This document shows positions 57,593 to 64,000 of a DNA stretch of 64,000 bases, piece after piece. Positions within the stretch are counted from its first letter, which is position 1; each line of letters opens with the position of its first letter. Below the pieces are notes generated by a model. The model ran no database searches. It saw only the letters and a program-made list of their open reading frames with translations, and was not told where the DNA came from. Location of the stretch: NCBI GenBank assembly GCA_043754515.1, contig JAYUUO010000282.1:1-64000 (forward strand). Direction: 5' to 3'. Origin of the DNA: Armatimonadota bacterium. GTDB lineage: Bacteria > Armatimonadota > Armatimonadia > Armatimonadales > Armatimonadaceae. Both the position numbers and the translations under genes were made by a program.

Positions 57593-58666
57593 ATGGCGGA
57601 CTTACGCGAATTGATTCGTCTCGCTTTCGACAAAAAAGCGTCCGACTTGTTCATCAAAGAGGGCAGCCCGCCCGCGATGCGGATACACGGACGTATCCAG
57701 GTCATTACGGACTCCGGCTACGGAAAGTTGACCGCCGACGACACCCGGAAGCTCGCCTACTCGGTGATGAGCCATGAGCAGATCGGGCGCTTCGAGCACC
57801 GGCACGAGATGGACCTCGCGTTCGAGGTCGAGGGCCTGACCCGCGTGCGCGTCAACATCTTCCAGCAGAAAGGCTCGATGGGCCTGGTCTGCCGACTCGT
57901 TCCTCTCAAGATCTTTTCCCTTGAACAGCTCGGCCTGCCGCCCGTTTTGGGCGATTTGACGCGCCACCGGCAGGGTCTGGTGCTGGTGACGGGGCCGACC
58001 GGTTCGGGGAAATCCACCACGCTCGCCGCGATGGTCAACAAGATCAATGAAGAGCGGCGCGCCAACATCGTGACCATTGAGGACCCGATCGAGTTCGTCC
58101 ACCCCGATAAGTCATCCATCGTTTCCCAGCGCGAGATCGGCATTGATACGGATTCGTTCACCGACGCCCTCAAATATATCGTGCGCCAGAACCCGGACGT
58201 GATCCTGATCGGGGAGATGCGCGACATCGAAACCCTGAACGTCGGCCTGCAAGCGGCGGAAACCGGGCACCTCGTCTTTTCCACGCTCCACACCTCGTCG
58301 GCGTCGGAAACACTCGACCGTATTATGAACATCTTCCCGCCCCACGAGCGGGGCACGCTCTGTCTGCGACTGTCCAACTCCCTGCGCGGCATCGTGGCGC
58401 AGAAACTGCTGGCGCGCGTGGACGCCGAAGGGCGCGTCGCGGCGGTCGAGATCATGATCGCTACCCCGACAATCGCGAAACTGGTGGAGGAGGGGAGAGC
58501 AGGCAACATCTACGCCGCGATCCAGGAAGGTGGGTTCTGGGGCATGCAGACGATGAACCAGTGCCTGACGAAATACTACAAAGCCGGGATCATCTCCGAG
58601 GAAGACGCGCTGAACGCCGCCGGGAACATCACCGAGCTGAAGCAAATGATCCGCCGCCCGACGTAG
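57593..58666 (+). CDS. pilT: Type IV pilus retraction ATPase (PilT/PilU family)
   Basis: ASDLFI, RVNIF, GPTGSGKSTTLA, TIEDPIEF, QREIG, RQNPDVILIGEMRD, AETGHLVFSTLH, GMQTM. Confidence 0.92.
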   Translation: MADLRELIRLAFDKKASDLFIKEGSPPAMRIHGRIQVITDSGYGKLTADDTRKLAYSVMSHEQIGRFEHRHEMDLAFEVEGLTRVRVNIFQQKGSMGLVCRLVPLKIFSLEQLGLPPVLGDLTRHRQGLVLVTGPTGSGKSTTLAAMVNKINEERRANIVTIEDPIEFVHPDKSSIVSQREIGIDTDSFTDALKYIVRQNPDVILIGEMRDIETLNVGLQAAETGHLVFSTLHTSSASETLDRIMNIFPPHERGTLCLRLSNSLRGIVAQKLLARVDAEGRVAAVEIMIATPTIAKLVEEGRAGNIYAAIQEGGFWGMQTMNQCLTKYYKAGIISEEDALNAAGNITELKQMIRRPT

Positions 58667-58719
58667 GTACCGGCTGGGTTGAAGCGGGAGGATCGGCGGA
58701 AAGTCTGGCGATCCTCCCG

Positions 58720-58959
58720 TCCTGTACACTCGTCGCGAACCGCGCGAGAAACTTCCGCTCGGAGTCGCGACTGGCATACTCGACGATGTCGTCGGGACAC
58801 TCTGGGACGGCGAACGAGGGTCTCCATCAACGTGCCGCCCATCCCTATATCCGGGTCGTGGTCGGCTAGATGGTATAAGGCGCGGAGCATATCCGGTTCG
58901 AGCGGCTGATGAGCAGCGACAAAGTCTTTGAGCGCTTTGTACCGATAGTGCTCGGCGTC
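58720..58959 (-). pseudogene. 3' remnant of a small helical hypothetical gene
   Basis: DAEHYRYKALKDFVAAHQPL...DPDIGMGGTLMETLVRRP, frameshift near 58805, then ECPDDIVEYAS; no start; cut off at 58960. Confidence 0.5.
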
Positions 58960-58980
58960 CTACGGAGGGTATGTCCGGTA

Positions 58981-59574
58981 ATGGTATATAACGGGTTCGG
59001 GGGAAACGGTCTTTTTGTGGATGTGTTACCGCGACTTTGTGGCAAAGCGATCCAAAACGTGAATTACAATCTTATCCAAAGCGACAATCCTATAAATGCA
59101 GAGAGAAGCGGTATAGATATTGAAGCATATCCTATTCTAGGGCTTGAAGCCGTCGAGCTGGTAACTCAAGATGGCAACGAGCAGGTGTTTGTTTATTGGG
59201 ATTGGGTCCGAGGACTCGTGGGTGGCAAAAACTATCATATAATGTGTTCCGCTATCCAGCCTGATTGGTTGATGCAACCCGGTAGTTGCGTGACTTTACC
59301 TGCGGCTGACAGTTCCCTGTGGCGTCAAATTGTTGGTCGCACAATAAATAATGTTATGGTCTACGGGATTGGCACAAGTCCACAAGCGATAGCTTTTCAT
59401 ACAAGCAAAGGAAGCGTTGTTTTGGTAGCGGCAACAGCATGGCATACGGACATATTAGGGGATGCAGATGAGATAATAGTGATGAACTATGATGATTTTA
59501 TTCTTTCTGTATCTACATCCGATGATTCCGATGATTGGGGTGTGCTGAGCAACTTTGCAACGCCATCGGATTAA
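58981..59574 (+). CDS. AT-rich hypothetical protein, probably horizontally acquired
   Basis: Long ORF in visibly AT-richer DNA; start is ATG 58981 or GTG 59017. Confidence 0.7.
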   Translation: MVYNGFGGNGLFVDVLPRLCGKAIQNVNYNLIQSDNPINAERSGIDIEAYPILGLEAVELVTQDGNEQVFVYWDWVRGLVGGKNYHIMCSAIQPDWLMQPGSCVTLPAADSSLWRQIVGRTINNVMVYGIGTSPQAIAFHTSKGSVVLVAATAWHTDILGDADEIIVMNYDDFILSVSTSDDSDDWGVLSNFATPSD

Positions 59575-59828
59575 TGAGGCAAAAGAGGGGTTGATTGAGG
59601 CGACGCTGGCTCCTGTGTCCAGCGCGAAGTTGCCCGGTCGGTCTTCGTCCGCGCCGAATAGGCGTACCCACACCATACTCAAGCGACCGCTTCGGCGAAA
59701 ACGAGTGGCAAATAGCGCATCGGCTGTCGTCACCAATTCACCAGCATGTCGTCGTGATGCCCGGTGAACTAGTAAGCGGCACTGCGCGGGCGCGGTGTAC
59801 GAGTCATCGCGACTTGATGCATCTCACT
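59575..59828 (-). pseudogene. Remnant of a small-protein + retropepsin-like aspartyl protease gene pair
   Basis: Protease N-terminus with FALDTGAS breaks off at the AT-rich ORF. It is preceded by an overlapping fragment EMHQVAMTRTPRPRSAAY*FTGHHDDMLVNW with an internal TAG. Confidence 0.6.
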
Positions 59829-60344
59829 TCAAGCGGACATCTTCCCTGACACGCACTCATCGAATATCTCCACCATCCGGTCCACGAACAACGGATCGTG
59901 AAAATAGCTCCCCTCTTCCATGAAGTCTATGAAATATTCCACAACATATTGACCACACTCAACTAGATTTGAACGACTGGAAAACATACAATTTAACGCC
60001 CGCATACCGCGCCAGGAGGCTCGCTCCCTTCGCAAACTTTCGTCCGCCCTATCCCACTCACCTGACGGCCATGTCCGTGAGGTCCCCCATTTATCCGCCA
60101 GAGCGTCGCACCGCTTCCACAACTGCACGCGGAAAGGGACTACCTCGGCTTCCTCCGCCACGCCACAGAGCCGTTCTGCCTGGTCCACCAGAGGCAGCAG
60201 GTCCTCCGGAAGGAAGCCACACTCGCGGAGCGACCACGCCATGAACCGCACGTCGTCCGGGACGTAGTCGCTGTCACTGATGCTGTTATCGCGCATCCCG
60301 ACATACGAATCTTCGTCCACAAGATTCTGATAATGATCCGACAT
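59829..60344 (-). CDS. Acidic hypothetical protein
   Basis: 171-aa ORF with protein-like composition; no family recognised. Confidence 0.55.
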   Translation of the reverse strand: MSDHYQNLVDEDSYVGMRDNSISDSDYVPDDVRFMAWSLRECGFLPEDLLPLVDQAERLCGVAEEAEVVPFRVQLWKRCDALADKWGTSRTWPSGEWDRADESLRRERASWRGMRALNCMFSSRSNLVECGQYVVEYFIDFMEEGSYFHDPLFVDRMVEIFDECVSGKMSA

Positions 60345-60501
60345 GAAAAGCATGGTCCGAGGTCCTCAGTGGCATCACGGGATGCAAGCGTCTACAAAGT
60401 CAGCCCTGGCGATCACTGTACATCGTCCGGCATCGTTCCGTCTCCATATTCGTGCCTACTGTACCATTTTCCCCGTGGTACAATCGGGCGTTGTAACGTC
60501 T

Positions 60502-62586
60502 ATGAAAATCTCCGTCAACTGGCTCCGCGAGTACCTCCCCGTCCCTGAAGACCCGACCGCCCTGTCCGCGTTTAACGACGTGCTCACAATGGCCGGGCTG
60601 GAGGTCGAGGAGACGTTCGACTCGCCGGATGGGGTCGCGCTGTTCACCAAAGTCACGCCGAATCGAGGCGATTGGGCGTCCGTTTACGGCACCGCGCGCG
60701 AAGCGTCTGCCGCCAGGAACCTGCCGCTCGCGCCGTACCCCGGCTACGCGACCCGCGTTCCGGAACTGACCGGGAACACCGCCAAGAACGGCTCGGCGTC
60801 CGCGATCGTGGAGGCGACGGAACTCGCGCCCCGGTTTTCGCTGACCGTTGTTCGCGGGGTCAAGGTCGCGCCGTCCCCAGCGTGGCTACAAAATCGTCTG
60901 CTCGCCGCCGGGATGCGCCCGATCAACAATGTCGTTGACGTCACGAACTACGTCATGCTGGAGACAGGGCAACCCCTCCACGCGTTCGATCTCGCGACCC
61001 TGCCGGGCGGTGTCATCGTCGTGCGTGTGGCGCGACCGGGCGAGACGCTGAGGACGCTGGACGGGGTTGACCGCGCGCTCGACGAAACCATGCTCTGTAT
61101 CTGCGACGCGGACAAGCCCGTCGGGGTCGCGGGCGTCATGGGCGGCGCGAGCACCGAAGTCACCGACGCGACGACCGATATATTACTCGAGTCGGCGCAC
61201 TTCGACCCGCTCTCCGTGCGCCGCGCCGCCAAAAAACTGGGGTTGCGCACCGAGGCATCGTACCGGTTCGAGCGGTATGTGGACCCGTTTTTAGTTCCCG
61301 CCGCCGCGCTCCGTGCCGCGAAACTGCTCGAGGATCTCGCCGGCGGCACCGTGGAAGGGGAGCGGCTCGACGTGGTGTCGAAACGCTTCACGCCGCGCCG
61401 CGTGGTCGCGCGGGTGGAGCGGATACGTAAACTGCTCGGCGCGGACGTCAGCCGCGACGCGGCCATCGCCGGTTTAGAGCGGCTGGGCATCTCGGTGGAG
61501 CGAGCGGCGGGCGCGATTGACTGCGTGATCCCCGCGTGGCGACCCGACATCACCCGCGAGGATGACATCGCCGAAGAAGTAGGCCGGATCGCGCTCGGCT
61601 ATGACAACCTGCCCGAAACACGCCCCCCCGTGCGCTCCGGTAGCGGCGCGGACTCACGCAAAGGGCGGTTTACCGCGCTCGTTCGCGAGGCGTTGATACG
61701 CGCCGGTTTGCAGGATGTGCTCACGCATTCCGTCGTACCGCCGTCGCCTCTCGACCTGGAAGACGCCGCGAAGCGCGTGACGATCCGTCTGCCGCTCACC
61801 GAATACCTGTCCGGGATGCGCACCTCGCTTCTGCCGAACCTGCTGAAGATCGTCGGGAACGCGCTGGCGGGCGACATCAAGGACGTCGCGATATTCGAGA
61901 TCGGGCCGGTCTACCACCGTGCGGAGGACAGCACCTTCCACGAGCCGCTCCGTATTACCGGGGCGGTGACCGGCTCGGCGATACTGCGAACCTGGGGCGT
62001 GAAGCAGGACGCGCTAGCCGCCGACTTCTACTTCGCGAAGGGCGTGGTCGTCGAGTTATTGGATGCCCTCGGGGTCGGGAACGGCGTGACTTTCGGGCCG
62101 GCGGTTCTTCCCAACCTGCACCCCGGACGGACGGCACGCATCCTGCGCGGGGGCGCGGTCCTCGGCCATATCGCGGAACTTTCCGAGACGACCGCCGAGG
62201 CGAACGGGTTGCCGCGCCACGTGTATATTTTCGACCTGGATGGCGAACGGCTCCTCGACGCGTGGGATGACGCCGCGTCCGCCCGTTACGTGCCGCTGTC
62301 GAAGTACCCATCCGTCACGCGGGATGTCGCGCCCGTATTCGACAAATCGGTTGCCTTCGCTGAAATCGAGCGTGTCGCGCGGGAGGCAGCTGGCCCGCTC
62401 CTGGAGCGGTTCGCCCTGACCGACGTCTATGAGGGCGCGAATATGGGCACGGATAAGCACGCGCTGACCCTGCGTTTCACCTTCAGGTCTCCCTCCGAAA
62501 CGCTGAAAGAGATGGAAGTCGAAGCGGCACTGGCCTCGGTGCGCGACGCGCTCGGGGCGCGGGCGGGCGCGGAGTTCCGCGGCTGA
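60502..62586 (+). CDS. pheT: Phenylalanyl-tRNA synthetase beta subunit, short form lacking the B2 domain
   Basis: MKISVNWLREY, TPNRGD, INNVVDVTNYVMLE.GQPLHAFD, RPDI..EDD.AEEV, MRTSLLP, LHPGR, SKYPSVTRD. Confidence 0.97.
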   Translation: MKISVNWLREYLPVPEDPTALSAFNDVLTMAGLEVEETFDSPDGVALFTKVTPNRGDWASVYGTAREASAARNLPLAPYPGYATRVPELTGNTAKNGSASAIVEATELAPRFSLTVVRGVKVAPSPAWLQNRLLAAGMRPINNVVDVTNYVMLETGQPLHAFDLATLPGGVIVVRVARPGETLRTLDGVDRALDETMLCICDADKPVGVAGVMGGASTEVTDATTDILLESAHFDPLSVRRAAKKLGLRTEASYRFERYVDPFLVPAAALRAAKLLEDLAGGTVEGERLDVVSKRFTPRRVVARVERIRKLLGADVSRDAAIAGLERLGISVERAAGAIDCVIPAWRPDITREDDIAEEVGRIALGYDNLPETRPPVRSGSGADSRKGRFTALVREALIRAGLQDVLTHSVVPPSPLDLEDAAKRVTIRLPLTEYLSGMRTSLLPNLLKIVGNALAGDIKDVAIFEIGPVYHRAEDSTFHEPLRITGAVTGSAILRTWGVKQDALAADFYFAKGVVVELLDALGVGNGVTFGPAVLPNLHPGRTARILRGGAVLGHIAELSETTAEANGLPRHVYIFDLDGERLLDAWDDAASARYVPLSKYPSVTRDVAPVFDKSVAFAEIERVAREAAGPLLERFALTDVYEGANMGTDKHALTLRFTFRSPSETLKEMEVEAALASVRDALGARAGAEFRG

Positions 62587-62594
62587 GTTCCGTC

Positions 62595-64000
62595 ATGATA
62601 CATGTGATCCTGTCCTTTTTCAGCGCGATAGCGTTTTTAGCCGGACCGCCCGCCGCCGCGCCGGTGCTACCGCCCGCGCCCGCCGTAACCGTCCCGCCAC
62701 CGCCCGCAACGGTTCCCGCACCCGAGTTTGCGGCACAGGCCGCCGGGCGCGGTCGCCTGTGTGATGCCCTATATGCTCTGATGACCGCGCCGCGCTACAG
62801 CCACCAGGGCACCTACCGTCTCGCAACCTTCGGCGACGACGGGAAGCTAAACAACGATTTCTCCGGCACTGAAGCCGTATCCTGGGATCGCAAAACCAAC
62901 CGGCTCGCTTTCGTCGCGACCTCGGGCGGCGGGAAGTCGGTGACGCGGTATGCTTCGGACGGCAAGACGCTACTCGGCGTGCGCCTTGAAGGCAGAAATC
63001 GCACCTTCTACCGCGTGCCACTGCAAGGGGACACGTCGCTAGTCGGGGACGCGCTAATAGCCGTTGATGCCGACCGGATGTACATCAGCGCGGTCACGCG
63101 CCTGACTTTGTTCGGGCGCGTCGCGGACGGCTCATTACGCTCCCCGAACCTTGTCTACGAGAGCGCGAAGAACGAGGTCATTGAGCAGGTTGCCCCTCGT
63201 GATGATAAAGGGCACCGGCTGATCACCTACTACCGCTACCGCTTCGCGCCGGGGTCGCCACGTATAACAACCCGCGAGCAGTGGGATACGTGGCAGGACG
63301 CCGCGAAGCCGGTTCTCATACGCTCCTATGAGAACGGAACATTTTCCGTGGCACCGCCCGCGGTTACCGCGACCACGTTCCTGACGAAGCCGCCGGTCGG
63401 TGCCGTCGAAGTCCCGCCACCTTCGACGACCCGAACCCCGCCGCTCCGTCCGGGCCCCGAGCGTGCCGACCCCAAAGCGCGTGCGCTCCTTTTGCGCTGG
63501 GCGCGGGCATGGGCGCGGTTTACTTCGTTCCAGGCGCAAGTGCACGTCCGGGAGGGGGAGCTGGCGCAGACCCCGGAGAGTATGGCACCGGACCCGAGCG
63601 GGTTCCGCGAAGCACTCATTGACGTTTCTTACCAACGCCCCGGCAAGATGTTCCTGGCCTCCCACCCTACCGGGCCTCCGAACGCGTTCCGGCTCACCCA
63701 AAACTTGGTAAGCGACGGTCAGAAGTTCGTGATCTACGAAGGGGCGCGCCGCGAACGAAAGCGGGGCGAGGGCGATAACATGGATGACCCATACCTTAAT
63801 GATCGTCTGCGTGACAACGGCCTGTTTGACTTCTCGGAGGTCGTGCCACGAATCCTGCGCAACCCCCGAGAGTTGGTCAACGACAGCAACGAGGGCAAAT
63901 ACAGGGGTATGTTGCCGCTACCCGGCGGGGGCGCGGCGGAGGTGGTGACCCTTACGCAACTTTTCGGCGGCAACGGCCCGCTACGACTTAATGGCGATGT
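62595..64000 (+). CDS. Secreted hypothetical protein with apparently two LolA-like domains, 3'-truncated by window edge
   Basis: Absent from the ORF track because it has no stop. ATG 62595 MIHVILSFFSAIAFLAG, Pro-rich linker, ASDGKTL and later YQRPGK...VSDGQKF; frame open to the end. Confidence 0.7.
   Translation, partial: MIHVILSFFSAIAFLAGPPAAAPVLPPAPAVTVPPPPATVPAPEFAAQAAGRGRLCDALYALMTAPRYSHQGTYRLATFGDDGKLNNDFSGTEAVSWDRKTNRLAFVATSGGGKSVTRYASDGKTLLGVRLEGRNRTFYRVPLQGDTSLVGDALIAVDADRMYISAVTRLTLFGRVADGSLRSPNLVYESAKNEVIEQVAPRDDKGHRLITYYRYRFAPGSPRITTREQWDTWQDAAKPVLIRSYENGTFSVAPPAVTATTFLTKPPVGAVEVPPPSTTRTPPLRPGPERADPKARALLLRWARAWARFTSFQAQVHVREGELAQTPESMAPDPSGFREALIDVSYQRPGKMFLASHPTGPPNAFRLTQNLVSDGQKFVIYEGARRERKRGEGDNMDDPYLNDRLRDNGLFDFSEVVPRILRNPRELVNDSNEGKYRGMLPLPGGGAAEVVTLTQLFGGNGPLRLNGD

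Noticed and set aside
58909..58980. ORF-track start of the AT-rich orphan at 58909
   Set aside because: This stretch is the antisense of the EHYRY remnant and precedes the compositional shift and promoter-like box.
58900..60350. Integron cassette array or IS element
   Set aside because: No integrase or transposase, no repeated attC-like palindromes and no terminal inverted repeats seen; genes lie in mixed orientation.

Overview
GC-rich bacterial chromosome segment. The gene content and protein styles suggest Armatimonadota (inference only). 1-20.5 kb is a Wzx/Wzy-type exopolysaccharide operon: fcl, wzc, wza, wzx, a putative wzy, eight glycosyltransferases, two OafA-type acyltransferases and wcaF. 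The rest is a mix of housekeeping and accessory genes: a fused AhbA/B-NirDL-type siroheme decarboxylase, leuB, aroA, a fasciclin protein, an ECF sigma/zinc anti-sigma/NfeD operon, ABC transporter parts, a three-gene surface-protein cluster (Ig repeats, PQQ-like propeller, Asp-box propeller), an FG-repeat lipoprotein operon, a DEAD-box helicase, an RsbW-like protein, an acetamidase, an MFS transporter, photolyase, a PilT-family ATPase and a B2-less orphan pheT. There are four clear pseudogenes and a stack of gene fragments between pilT and pheT. No rRNA, tRNA, CRISPR array or transposase was recognised. Four observations stand out: (i) nearly every gap in the EPS operon is bridged by an unannotated mini-ORF running from one gene's stop into the next gene's start; (ii) a Cys-free stand-alone protein resembles the primase large-subunit C-terminal domain and sits behind a SigB/SigF-like promoter; (iii) an FG/RG low-complexity lipoprotein is co-transcribed with two distantly paralogous unknown proteins; (iv) one acyltransferase has no canonical start codon. 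All family assignments come from motif recognition by eye; no database search was run.
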